Notes: a model not told the origin generated them from the sequence alone. Positions 9,532-20,419 are shown, counted from the stretch's first letter. The stretch is 64,000 nucleotides of DNA from an uncultured Candidatus Saccharibacteria bacterium (GCA_964357175.1 CAYHJU010000001.1:32871-96870); one strand, 5' to 3'. Made by a program: numbers and translations.

Positions 9532-10044
9532 ATGATGAACAAAAAAAATAAAGGCTTTACCCTGCTCGAGCTTTTGGTGGTTATCGTTATCATTGGGCTT
9601 GTCTCTACGATAACCCTCACCTTTATTTATATGTCTAAAAATCGCGCTAAAAAATCGCGCATTGTATCCAATTTAGACCAAGTCAGAAAAACGGCCGAAC
9701 TTTTTTATAACGGTAATAATTATAGCTATATGGGCTTGAGTGATGCGCCGGACATATTGATTCTTAGGGAGGATGTGGTTAAGCAGGGTGGTCAGCTAAA
9801 TATTTATCCTAGCGTTGATTCCTATGTGGCTTATAGCGCGTATCCAGGCGCGGAAAACAACCATTATTGGTGTACAGATAGTCAAGGAAACTCAAAGGAT
9901 GTGACGGGCTATCCTTCGGGTAGCTGTAATAGTACGGGGGCCTGCCCTCCGGGCCAGACGAATCCATATGGGCAGTATCGATTTAGATCCGGCTGTGTGC
10001 GCGTTTCAGGATGTGGCACCAGCACATGCTCTTTGCCTTACTAA
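9532..10044 (+). CDS. type IV pilin-like protein (prepilin, class III signal peptide)
   Basis: MMNKKNKG|FTLLELLVVIVIIGL prepilin cleavage/methylation motif; Cys-rich C-terminus. Confidence 0.75.
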   Translation: MMNKKNKGFTLLELLVVIVIIGLVSTITLTFIYMSKNRAKKSRIVSNLDQVRKTAELFYNGNNYSYMGLSDAPDILILREDVVKQGGQLNIYPSVDSYVAYSAYPGAENNHYWCTDSQGNSKDVTGYPSGSCNSTGACPPGQTNPYGQYRFRSGCVRVSGCGTSTCSLPY

Positions 10045-10056
10045 ATGAAATGTATT

Positions 10057-10084
10057 TTGATGATTTTATAAACTGGTGTATAAT
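10057..10084 (+). promoter_or_regulatory. sigma70-like promoter (TTGATG-16-TATAAT) for the second pilin gene
   Basis: TTGATG at 10057-62 and TATAAT at 10079-84 with TG immediately upstream. It leaves a ~190 nt leader containing the inverted repeat at 10119-10174. Confidence 0.4.
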
Positions 10085-10118
10085 TAGAGCAAGGAAATAA
10101 TTTACGATTTTTAATTTT

Positions 10119-10174
10119 TACCCTGTTAAATAGAACATAGTTCTAATTTGCGAAGCAAATTATTTAACAGGGTG
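10119..10174. promoter_or_regulatory. inverted-repeat/hairpin element TACCCTGTTAAATA ... TATTTAACAGGGTG in the pilin leader
   Basis: Outer arms at 10119-10132 and 10161-10174, with inner palindromes (AGAACATAGTTCT, AATTTGCGAAGCAAATT). Same motif as at 8142-8283. Confidence 0.4.
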
Positions 10175-10272
10175 GAAATCCAATAAATCCTAAAAGGTCG
10201 GTCGCTTATTCGCTTTAAAAACGAATAAGAAGAAATGAAAATTATTTATAACTCTAATTTAAACTAAACAAT

Positions 10273-10680
10273 ATGAAAAAAAATAAAGGTTTTACTTTAA
10301 TCGAGCTTTTAGTCGTTATCGCCATTATCGGTTTATTATCAACGATTGTTTTGGTTTCTTTAAACAGCGCCAGAAACAAAGCCAAAGATGTCAGAATTAA
10401 AGCCGATTTAGCTCAGGTTCGTTCACTTGCTGAATTGAATGCTGACACAAGCAATACATATGTTTTGGCAGTACCTTCTTCTTACTCCACTCAATATGCA
10501 ACTTTAACAGCTGATATCGATGCGCAGGTTCCTCAAACAGTAGTTTACAATGCCACTGCGACCGCATATGGTGCTTCAGCCCAATTAACAGGAACTGGCG
10601 CTTTCTGGTGCGTTGATAGCACAGGCGTTTCTAAGGCCGAGGGCGCAACTTTGGGTGTAGGGGTCACAGTTTGTCCGTAA
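10273..10680 (+). CDS. pilA: type IV pilin (probable major pilin)
   Basis: MKKNKG|FTLIELLVVIAIIGLL prepilin motif; 135 aa; followed by a strong terminator. Confidence 0.8.
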   Translation: MKKNKGFTLIELLVVIAIIGLLSTIVLVSLNSARNKAKDVRIKADLAQVRSLAELNADTSNTYVLAVPSSYSTQYATLTADIDAQVPQTVVYNATATAYGASAQLTGTGAFWCVDSTGVSKAEGATLGVGVTVCP

Positions 10681-10704
10681 TCATTTCTTGATGATGTTTG
10701 TATT

Positions 10705-10748
10705 AATTCGGCGCCCCGCAAAGCGGGGCGCCGAATTGTTTTATTTCA
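10705..10748 (+). terminator. rho-independent terminator
   Basis: ATTCGGCGCCCCGCaaaGCGGGGCGCCGAAT 14-bp GC-rich stem followed by TTGTTTTATTT. Confidence 0.75.
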
Positions 10749-10926
10749 TCACCACACCCAAAAATCATCCAACCTATTTTTAAGATTTTTTATTCTACTT
10801 TATTTTTAACGACCGTCAGTAAAAAGGTAGAATAAATTCATTCTGTAAAATACGAACGATCGTCAGCAAAATACAGAATAAAATAAGGCGTTCGAGTTTT
10901 TGTTAATTTTATCCTATAATTAAACT

Positions 10927-11733
10927 ATGCTTATCATAGAATCAATTTTAATATTTTTATTCGGACTTTGTATCGGCAGTTTCTTAAATGTCGTTATTTT
11001 TCGTGTATTGTCAGGAGAAAGCCTGCGTGGTCGCTCGCACTGCCAAAAGTGTCTCAAGACCTTAAGATGGTATGAGCTTTTTCCGCTTGCAAGTTTTGTC
11101 TGGCAAAAAGGCAGATGCCGTTCGTGTCAAGAAAAAATTTCCTGGCAATATCCTTTGGCAGAATTGATTACAGCAGTATTATTTTTGTTAATCTTCCAAC
11201 ATTTTTATGGCAACTGGGCCGAGATGATTTTATGGATTGTGGTCGCATCAGCTTTTGTGGTTTTATTTTTCACGGATTTGAAAGAATATATTTTGCCGGA
11301 TGTTATTGTGATTCCTCTGATTGCCGTTTTATTTTTATACCGCACATTTCAATCTTTTTATCTGGGGAGTTTTGATTTTTTTGCAAATTTTGTCATCGCG
11401 TCCTTTCTAATCGCCTTGCCATTTTTTCTTTTTTATGCGATATCAGGCGGGAGAATGATTCGGACAGGAATATTTAAAATAGAATGGATGGGCATGGGGG
11501 ATTCAAAGCTAATATTTTTGGCAGGTCTTCTTTTGGGTTGGCCCAAAATTTTGATAGCGGTAATGTTCGCGGTGTTTTTAGGGTCTTTGTGGGGAATTTT
11601 GTTGATGTTTTTAAAAAAGTTTACGCTCAAAAGCGCCATGCCTTTTGGACCTTTTATAATTTTAGGCGCGTTTCTTTCTCTGTATTTTGGTGATATAATT
11701 TACGAGTGGTATATCAATTGGCTATTTTTTTAA
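10927..11733 (+). CDS. pilD: prepilin peptidase PilD (A24 family)
   Basis: N-terminal CxxC...CxxC zinc motif, 8 TM segments, conserved GMGDSKL Asp box. Confidence 0.85.
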   Translation: MLIIESILIFLFGLCIGSFLNVVIFRVLSGESLRGRSHCQKCLKTLRWYELFPLASFVWQKGRCRSCQEKISWQYPLAELITAVLFLLIFQHFYGNWAEMILWIVVASAFVVLFFTDLKEYILPDVIVIPLIAVLFLYRTFQSFYLGSFDFFANFVIASFLIALPFFLFYAISGGRMIRTGIFKIEWMGMGDSKLIFLAGLLLGWPKILIAVMFAVFLGSLWGILLMFLKKFTLKSAMPFGPFIILGAFLSLYFGDIIYEWYINWLFF

Positions 11734-11740
11734 ATTTTTA

Positions 11741-12268
11741 ATGGAAAATCCTTTAGATAAAAAGAATATAATGGGGTTCACGCTTGTTGAGCTTGCGGTT
11801 TCTATGCTGATAATTGGTCTTATATCAACTATCGTTTTGACTAATTATAACGCAGGCAGAAAACAGGAAGCCCTAAATCGTTCGGTCCAAAGATTGGCTG
11901 TGGCAATAAGACAGGCGCAAAATTACGCTCTTTTTTCCCGGGTTGGCACAAAATGCAGTACTCCCGCGGGGGGATACGGAATTTATGTGTCTTCTGCCTC
12001 ACAATATGTGATTTTTGGCGACTGTAGTGGAAATCGTTTGTATGATCTTGCCAGTGATGATTTAATCAGCACTATAAAGGTTGAATCCGACGTGCAAATA
12101 TCAAGCGCGTCACTTATATCTATGACGTTTGAGCCGCCAATAGGAAAGTTTTATTACAATGGTTTGGTGCCAACTGTATCCAATACGATTATTTTACAAA
12201 ATTCTTCTGATGTTACTAAACAGAAAATTACAAATATTTCCGCAAATGGGAGCGTGAGCGTGCAGTAA
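11741..12268 (+). CDS. minor pilin / pseudopilin
   Basis: MG|FTLVELAVSMLIIGL prepilin motif. Confidence 0.65.
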   Translation: MENPLDKKNIMGFTLVELAVSMLIIGLISTIVLTNYNAGRKQEALNRSVQRLAVAIRQAQNYALFSRVGTKCSTPAGGYGIYVSSASQYVIFGDCSGNRLYDLASDDLISTIKVESDVQISSASLISMTFEPPIGKFYYNGLVPTVSNTIILQNSSDVTKQKITNISANGSVSVQ

Positions 12269-12289
12269 TTTCAAATTTTAAAAAATAAC

Positions 12290-12868
12290 ATGATTAATTT
12301 TTTTAAAGGACAAAAAAACGGATTTACTCTCTTGGAAACGCTCGTAACCATAGTGGTTATCTCGGTGGGTGTTTTGGGTTCAATAAATTTAATAAATAAC
12401 AGTTTTGGCTTGGCGACCATCGCTAAAAATAAACTTATCGCCGCCGATTTGGCGCAAGAGGGGTTTGAGCTTGTGAGAAACATAAGGGATGTTAACTATT
12501 TAAATAACAATAACTGGCTACAAGGGCTTGATAGTTGTTTAACTTCCAGCGGATGCTTGATTGATCCCGTTTCGGGCGGTCAGGTTGTGACTGTGCCAGC
12601 TCCTTCTTCTATTGATGATGTTAAGATGTGCTATGGCACCAACGGATATTATTCTACTACGACAAATTGTGGCGCGTCTCAGGCCGTGAATTTTCAAAGA
12701 GTTATTAAAATTTCCCTAATTGGCGCAGGAGATGGGGGAATTAAAATAATTTCCAGAGTTCGTTGGCAAGAAAAGGGAATCTGGAAAGATTTTGGAACAG
12801 ATGGAGGCAATTTTGAATATCATCTTTGTGATTGGAAAAATCCAAATCCTAGTATTTCGTGTTATTAA
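12290..12868 (+). CDS. minor pilin (PilV-like)
   Basis: NG|FTLLETLVTIVVISVG prepilin motif. Confidence 0.65.
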   Translation: MINFFKGQKNGFTLLETLVTIVVISVGVLGSINLINNSFGLATIAKNKLIAADLAQEGFELVRNIRDVNYLNNNNWLQGLDSCLTSSGCLIDPVSGGQVVTVPAPSSIDDVKMCYGTNGYYSTTTNCGASQAVNFQRVIKISLIGAGDGGIKIISRVRWQEKGIWKDFGTDGGNFEYHLCDWKNPNPSISCY

Positions 12869-12887
12869 AAAAAGACTTTAATTCATC

Positions 12888-13520
12888 ATGCTTAATCTAA
12901 AAAATAATAATCACAAAACGGGGCCTGCCCCCACATCTTACTGTTTTGATGGTGGGACAATTGATCAATTGGCCGATGGTGCTTATTTAGCTTTGAAACA
13001 TAAAAAAAACAACAAGGTGTGGGGGTTTTCACTAATAGAATTAGTCGTTGCCTTGGGTGTGTTTTCCGTTATCAGTATGGCGCTGGTGGGGCTTTTTGTT
13101 TCATCGTTGCGTGGTGAAAGAAAGGCGTTGAATATGCAACTTGCGCAAGACAACGCGAGATTGGTTATGGAAATAATGGTAAGAGAATTGAGAGATGGAT
13201 CTAATGTGGCTTTTGGTAGCGATCAAAATGTGTCATTTAACGACAAAAACAACACGCCGATTACTTATTCTGTGAGCGCCTGTAGCCCTCCCAATGTGAC
13301 CAATAATTGTATTAAACGCGCGGCCAGTGGAAGTACGATAGATCTGGGGAGTGAAAATGTGAGCACAACTAATCTCAAATTTTTTGGCGTGAGTTCAAGC
13401 GCGTCTTTAAATCAGCCTAGAGTTACGATTTTTTTCACTATGGAAAGCGGAATGGCGCCATATAGCTCTAATATAAATCTACAAACGACCGTTTCTTTAA
13501 GAAATATAAAGTTACAATAA
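12888..13520 (+). CDS. minor pilin (PilW-like). True start is probably the downstream TTG at 12993
   Basis: Prepilin motif KVWG|FSLIELVVALGVF lies ~40 aa into the ORF. The in-frame TTG at 12993 would give a normal short leader. Confidence 0.55.
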   Translation: MLNLKNNNHKTGPAPTSYCFDGGTIDQLADGAYLALKHKKNNKVWGFSLIELVVALGVFSVISMALVGLFVSSLRGERKALNMQLAQDNARLVMEIMVRELRDGSNVAFGSDQNVSFNDKNNTPITYSVSACSPPNVTNNCIKRAASGSTIDLGSENVSTTNLKFFGVSSSASLNQPRVTIFFTMESGMAPYSSNINLQTTVSLRNIKLQ

Positions 13521-13521
13521 G

Positions 13522-13950
13522 ATGCGTGATATGATTTTAGAAAAATTTAAAAATCAGAGAGGGGTTAGCTTGTATCTGGGGATTATTATGCTCTCTTTGA
13601 TTTTTGCTATCGCCCTTATAATTTCCAATTTATTTTTAATTCGTCTGCAATTGTCGCGAGACATTTTAAATTCAGTACCATCTTTTTATGGAGCTGATTC
13701 TGCTTTGGAGTGCGCTCAATTGGAAATAACAAAACGAACCATAATAGACCCGGAGATTACTTGTTTGAGTTTGAAAGACTATATAATGGGCCCAACAAAT
13801 GGGGCGTGCAAACAAATCCCTATGAGCAATATGGTGAGTCCTGATTCTGCGGGCATAATTGATGCAACGTGCAGTGGCAATACTCTTGGCTCTTTGAGAT
13901 CAGCTGGATCTTTTAAAGGCACAAAACGTTCCACGGAAGTGAGTTTTTAA
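13522..13950 (+). CDS. PilX-like membrane protein (pilus-associated, hypothetical)
   Basis: N-terminal hydrophobic helix GVSLYLGIIMLSLIFAIALIISNLFL; last ORF of the pilin cluster. Confidence 0.35.
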   Translation: MRDMILEKFKNQRGVSLYLGIIMLSLIFAIALIISNLFLIRLQLSRDILNSVPSFYGADSALECAQLEITKRTIIDPEITCLSLKDYIMGPTNGACKQIPMSNMVSPDSAGIIDATCSGNTLGSLRSAGSFKGTKRSTEVSF

Positions 13951-16334
<2,384 letters not shown>

Positions 16335-16346
16335 CCGGCAATTTAT

Positions 16347-17789
16347 ATGTTAGATGAAAAATATACAATTGAAGATTTGCACGAAGGTTTTAAATCCAAA
16401 AAATTCAGCGCCGCTATGGTGGTGGAAAATTTTTTGAAAAGGATTGAAGAAAAAGACAAAGATATTTTTTCTTATCTTTTGGTGGATAAGGAGGGGGCTT
16501 TGGCGCAGGCAAGAGAGACAGACAAGCGCTTGTCTCAAAACTTAGATCTCCGCGAGCTTGAAGGCGTGCCAATGGCCATTAAAGACAATATTTTAGTTAA
16601 AGGTTTAAGATGTACGGCAGGATCTAAAATTTTGGAAAACTTTATCGCCCCATATGACGCAACGGTTATCAGAAAATTAAAAGATGCAGGGGCAATTATT
16701 TTAGGTAAAACAAATTTAGATGAGTTTGCTATGGGTTCGTCCACGGAGAATTCGGCTTTTGGGATAACGCATAATCCTTACGATTTTGATAGAGTGCCGG
16801 GCGGTTCATCTGGCGGCTCAGCCGCCGCCACGGCCAGTTTTCAGTGTATGGGCGCTTTGGGGTCCGACACGGGCGGTTCTATACGTCAGCCAGCGTCCTT
16901 TTGCGGCGTAGTGGGGTTGCGTTCTACCTATGGCAGGGTTTCACGATTTGGCGCTATTGCCATGGCATCTTCTTTGGATCAAATAGGCCCTTTTGCAAAT
17001 AGCGTTTCTGACGTAAGGAAAATTTTTAATGTTTTGTCTGGCCAGGATGAGCTGGACTCCACTACCGCGCCTAAAAATATTAAACCAGAGATACGCAAAA
17101 AAGATAAAGGTGGTACACTAAAGATTGGCCTCCCTAAAGAATATTTTTCTGACAGCCTTAATTCTCAAATGCGACAAAAAATGAATGAGGCCATAGAAGT
17201 TTTTACTAAAATGGGAGCAGAAATGAAAGAAATTAGCTTGCCCACTACGGATGTATCTCTGGCGACATATTATGTTTTAGTTCCGGCTGAAGTCAGCGCG
17301 AATTTGGCTCGCTACGACGGGGTGAAATATGGCTACTCAAAAGAGGCTGAGAATTTAATCGAAAATTATTTAAAGACTCGAAGGGATGGTTTTGGCAAAG
17401 AGGTAAGGCGCCGTATTTTTTTGGGGACATATGTTTTATCGGCGGGATATTATGATGCGTATTATCTCAAGGCCCAGAAAGTTCGAACAAAGATTATTGA
17501 AGATTTTAAGCGCGCGTTTCTTGATGTGGATTTTTTGCTTACGCCCACCACTCCTACGCCTGCTTTTAAAATAGGGGAAATGACCAAAGATCCATTGTCT
17601 ATGTATTTGGCGGACATCTTTACAGTACCGACAAGCGTCGCCGGACTTCCGGCCATATCTGTACCATTTGGGAAAGTTGACTATGAAAATAAAAATTTGC
17701 CTTTTGGTGTGCAAATAATATCTAGATGGTTTGATGAAGATAATCTTTTAGATATAGCCGAAAAATTTGAACAATTTTCTAAAATTTAA
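16347..17789 (+). CDS. gatA: Asp/Glu-tRNA amidotransferase subunit A (amidase)
   Basis: Amidase signature GGSSGGSAAA and Ser-cisSer-Lys triad context; 480 aa. Confidence 0.9.
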   Translation: MLDEKYTIEDLHEGFKSKKFSAAMVVENFLKRIEEKDKDIFSYLLVDKEGALAQARETDKRLSQNLDLRELEGVPMAIKDNILVKGLRCTAGSKILENFIAPYDATVIRKLKDAGAIILGKTNLDEFAMGSSTENSAFGITHNPYDFDRVPGGSSGGSAAATASFQCMGALGSDTGGSIRQPASFCGVVGLRSTYGRVSRFGAIAMASSLDQIGPFANSVSDVRKIFNVLSGQDELDSTTAPKNIKPEIRKKDKGGTLKIGLPKEYFSDSLNSQMRQKMNEAIEVFTKMGAEMKEISLPTTDVSLATYYVLVPAEVSANLARYDGVKYGYSKEAENLIENYLKTRRDGFGKEVRRRIFLGTYVLSAGYYDAYYLKAQKVRTKIIEDFKRAFLDVDFLLTPTTPTPAFKIGEMTKDPLSMYLADIFTVPTSVAGLPAISVPFGKVDYENKNLPFGVQIISRWFDEDNLLDIAEKFEQFSKI

Positions 17790-17794
17790 AAAAC

Positions 17795-18334
17795 ATGCAG
17801 ATTTTTTTTGATATATATTACTTTTTTTATGACTTCTTCACTTCGAGCTCCTGGCAAAGCATTTATTTTTGGCTGCAAGTTTTTGCGGCTTTAGTGTCTA
17901 TCGCGTTAATTTTTGGCATAGTGGTTCTAACAAGAAAATTAAATACTGTGAAGGTGAAACTGAAAGAAGTAGAAACATTAATTGAAGGGGTTCCTCAATA
18001 TGAAAATCCAGTACTGCATGATTTTACAGACGAGTGGAAAGCGATAAATAAAAAGTTTGAATCAGGCCAACAGTCAGATTGGAAATTAGCTATAATGGAA
18101 GCGGATAATTTACTGGATAGTATTTTTCAACAAATGCGCGTATATGGTGAAGATATGGGTGAGAGATTAAAATCCTTGTCTAAAGAACAGCTAAGCAACA
18201 TAGACGATGTGTGGAAAGCGCACAAATTGCGCAATGAATTGGCGCATAGTTTTTCAAGCGAAGTGAGAGAAAAAGAGGTTAAGGCGGCACTTGACGCTTA
18301 CGAGCAAGCAATGAAATATTTAGGAGTCTTATAA
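17795..18334 (+). CDS. hypothetical membrane protein
   Basis: N-terminal TM segment; no recognisable family. Confidence 0.4.
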   Translation: MQIFFDIYYFFYDFFTSSSWQSIYFWLQVFAALVSIALIFGIVVLTRKLNTVKVKLKEVETLIEGVPQYENPVLHDFTDEWKAINKKFESGQQSDWKLAIMEADNLLDSIFQQMRVYGEDMGERLKSLSKEQLSNIDDVWKAHKLRNELAHSFSSEVREKEVKAALDAYEQAMKYLGVL

Positions 18335-18459
18335 CATAAAAGAATATAGAATCTAGGAGTTAGAATTTAGCAATAGCACAAACGGATTAGAAATCAGAGC
18401 TTGTAAATTTTTTGAAAACTGATAAAATTTTTAGCGTGTAATGCGTGGCATAAAAATAT

Positions 18460-18516
18460 GCGCCCGTAGCTCAGTGGTACCTGCCTGCCGGCAGGCAGGG
18501 AGCAGCTCCCTTTTAT
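18460..18516 (+). pseudogene. truncated 5' copy of tRNA-Lys (positions ~1-37) with a 20-nt palindrome inserted in the D-loop
   Basis: GCGCCCGTAGCTCAGTGGTA[CCTGCCTGCCGGCAGGCAGG]GAGCAGCTCCCTTTTA matches the intact tRNA-Lys at 18779 up to the anticodon loop and then diverges. Even the 2 nt upstream (AT) are shared. Confidence 0.6.
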
Positions 18517-18522
18517 ATAATT

Positions 18523-18768
18523 ATGATTCAATATTACATTTATGCTATAAAGAGTTACAAAGACGGAAGATTATATGTAGGAATAAGTAGAAATCCGGAG
18601 AGTAGATTAATCGAGCACAATTCTGGAATGACAAAATCTACAAAACCTTTCCGACCGTGGAAAATTGTGTTTAAAAGATTTATTGGTGACAGGAAGTCAG
18701 CTAGGATTGAGGAAAAGAAATTAAAGTCAGGATATGGTAAAGAGTTCTTAAAAAAATTGACTAGATAA
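18523..18768 (+). CDS. stand-alone GIY-YIG nuclease domain protein (81 aa)
   Basis: YYIYAIKS...GRLYVGIS...R...EHN motif layout of the GIY-YIG fold. Stop is 10 nt before the intact tRNA-Lys. Confidence 0.75.
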   Translation: MIQYYIYAIKSYKDGRLYVGISRNPESRLIEHNSGMTKSTKPFRPWKIVFKRFIGDRKSARIEEKKLKSGYGKEFLKKLTR

Positions 18769-18778
18769 AAACAAACAT

Positions 18779-18854
18779 GCGCCCGTAGCTCAGTTGGTAG
18801 AGCAGCTCCCTTTTAAGGAGATTGTCGTAGGTTCGATTCCTACCGGGCGCACCA
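18779..18854 (+). tRNA. tRNA-Lys (anticodon UUU), CCA encoded
   Basis: Cloverleaf folded by hand: acceptor GCGCCCG/CGGGCGC, D-arm GCTCAGTTGGTAGAGC, anticodon loop CTTTTAA, T-arm GTAGGTTCGATTCCTAC, ACCA. Confidence 0.85.
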
Positions 18855-18945
18855 ATTAGTGAGACCGACCGAGAGGCTTAAAATCAACCTTTTTGATCAA
18901 GTTTTAAGATAAACCGGTAATGTATGCATGCGCTACCTTCAAAGC

Positions 18946-18974
18946 TTGACTTTTTTAAAAAATAGGTATATAAT
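18946..18974 (+). promoter_or_regulatory. consensus sigma70 promoter TTGACT-N17-TATAAT
   Basis: TTGACT at 18946-51 and TATAAT at 18969-74 with an exact 17-nt spacer; it points into the GC-rich cassette. Confidence 0.55.
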
Positions 18975-19028
18975 GTGTCTACACTTAAATCAGGTTCTTT
19001 AATAATATAAAACTTTCAATTTTCAGCG

Positions 19029-19085
19029 CATGAGGCGAGCGTTTAGCAGATTAAATATTTTATTCTCTTAAACGCTCGTCTCATG
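19029..19085 (+). promoter_or_regulatory. 17-bp inverted repeat (leader hairpin) at the boundary of the GC-rich segment
   Basis: CATGAGGCGAGCGTTTA ... TAAACGCTCGTCTCATG with one mismatch. A second hairpin CCCGAGCGTCTCGGG+TATTTT at ~19125-19145 looks like a terminator/attenuator. Confidence 0.45.
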
Positions 19086-19165
19086 TGAGGCTGAGTCCCA
19101 CCTGTCGGTAGGCAGGCGCCAGCCCGAGCGTCTCGGGTATTTTCAAACTGTACAGGAGGTGTGCG

Positions 19166-19945
19166 ATGAGTAAAGACGTTGTAAGCCGTAGCCTGTCGGT
19201 GCATAAAGAGCACGAAGTGCTCCTGAAGCTCGAGGCCGCAGGTCTCACCGACGAACTCGCCCAGAAAGTCATCGGCTCCAAGGACAACGATCTTGCCACG
19301 AAGGTGGTGAGGTTGATTCAGAACGGTGGCTTTGAGGCCACCTCCTCCCAGAAGCGTGCCCGTGAGATCATGGGCAATAATTTCTTCGGCGTCGAAGAGA
19401 ATTTTAAACACTTCGGCATATACTACGCTATGGGTCCAGATGCCCGAAAGGCTCTTTCCGAAGTTCCCTTCACCGAAGAAGTTCTACAGGCGCACAAGGA
19501 CACTCACGTCCTCGTCGCAACCTTCCCACTTTCCATTCTCGACATTCGTAGCAAAGCTCCACGTAGCCTCTTCTACCGTCACGAAGACGCCTGGTGCAAC
19601 AGCCAGCGCTTTGCCAAGGACAAGGGAGAAGTCGCCTGGCATCTGGTCAGAAAAACCCCAGTTCAGAACTCCACCAACAGAACCTGGTCGGATCAGCAGT
19701 CTCTCCTTTCCCAGGATGAAGAAACTCCCACGGCCCGTGTCCTGACCTACACCATCATCGGTCACTTCCTGGCAACTGGAGAACGCCTGTTCGAACACAT
19801 CTATGTCCGTACATCGTCGGTGGTTTCGGACGACGACGGGGGCAGCGTTGGCTACTTCGGCTCCGGTGGTCTGCGCGTCGACAGCCGCTGGGATGACGGT
19901 CGCAGCGGCGATCTGGGTGTCTCGTCCTCCCGGAAGTCCAACTGA
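19166..19945 (+). CDS. hypothetical protein encoded in an anomalously GC-rich (~55 % by eye) segment
   Basis: 259-aa ORF preceded by a strong SD (ACAGGAGG, 7 nt before ATG); GC-rich third codon positions; no family recognised. Confidence 0.5.
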   Translation: MSKDVVSRSLSVHKEHEVLLKLEAAGLTDELAQKVIGSKDNDLATKVVRLIQNGGFEATSSQKRAREIMGNNFFGVEENFKHFGIYYAMGPDARKALSEVPFTEEVLQAHKDTHVLVATFPLSILDIRSKAPRSLFYRHEDAWCNSQRFAKDKGEVAWHLVRKTPVQNSTNRTWSDQQSLLSQDEETPTARVLTYTIIGHFLATGERLFEHIYVRTSSVVSDDDGGSVGYFGSGGLRVDSRWDDGRSGDLGVSSSRKSN

Positions 19946-19996
19946 ACATTGATCCGCCAGCTGGCGGATTGAAAATTTGATTCTTTTGAATCATTG

Positions 19997-20035
19997 AGCC
20001 CTCGGCGTAAAAACGCCGAGGGCTTTTCTTTTTAT
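19997..20035 (+). terminator. strong rho-independent terminator
   Basis: AGCCCTCGGCGtaaaaaCGCCGAGGGCT perfect 11-bp GC stem followed by TTTCTTTTTAT. Confidence 0.75.
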
Positions 20036-20381
20036 AAATATAGTAGGTATAATTTATACATCCCGCTAATGCAGGCGCGACTACGGTTTCGTCTCGCGGG
20101 ATATATAATTTTGCCGCATTATCGCTTATTACGCACAAAAACTAAACAGCGCATATTTAAAAAATTTAAAAATCGTGTGGGAGAATATAAGTCAGGTAAA
20201 ATTAGCAGGGATAAACTTGAACAATCGTTACAGTCCTATCTGGGCACTCTGTCTCACGCTGATGCTTATGACCTAAGCGAAGATTTGAAAAATCAGGTTT
20301 GGTTTTCAGGTTAAACGATTTTAATCTGTTTGGTCGCCATCGTGATTTTACTTTTGAGACAAGCCAGCTCATGTTGGAAAA

Positions 20382-20410
20382 TTGACACCTTTGTTGATTC
20401 GCGATAAAAT
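20382..20410 (+). promoter_or_regulatory. sigma70-like promoter of the thr operon (TTGACA-N17-TAAAAT)
   Basis: TTGACA at 20382-87 and TAAAAT at 20405-10; the leader-peptide ORF starts 10 nt downstream. Confidence 0.5.
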
Positions 20411-20419
20411 GATATTAAT

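Noticed and set aside
19043-20138. Several overlapping ORFs on both strands inside the GC-rich segment (19043-19411 -, 19326-19745 +, 19484-19798 -, 19755-20138 -)
   Set aside because: High-GC DNA yields long spurious ORFs in all frames. Only 19166-19945 has a strong SD, a sensible start and an in-phase G/C-ending codon pattern.
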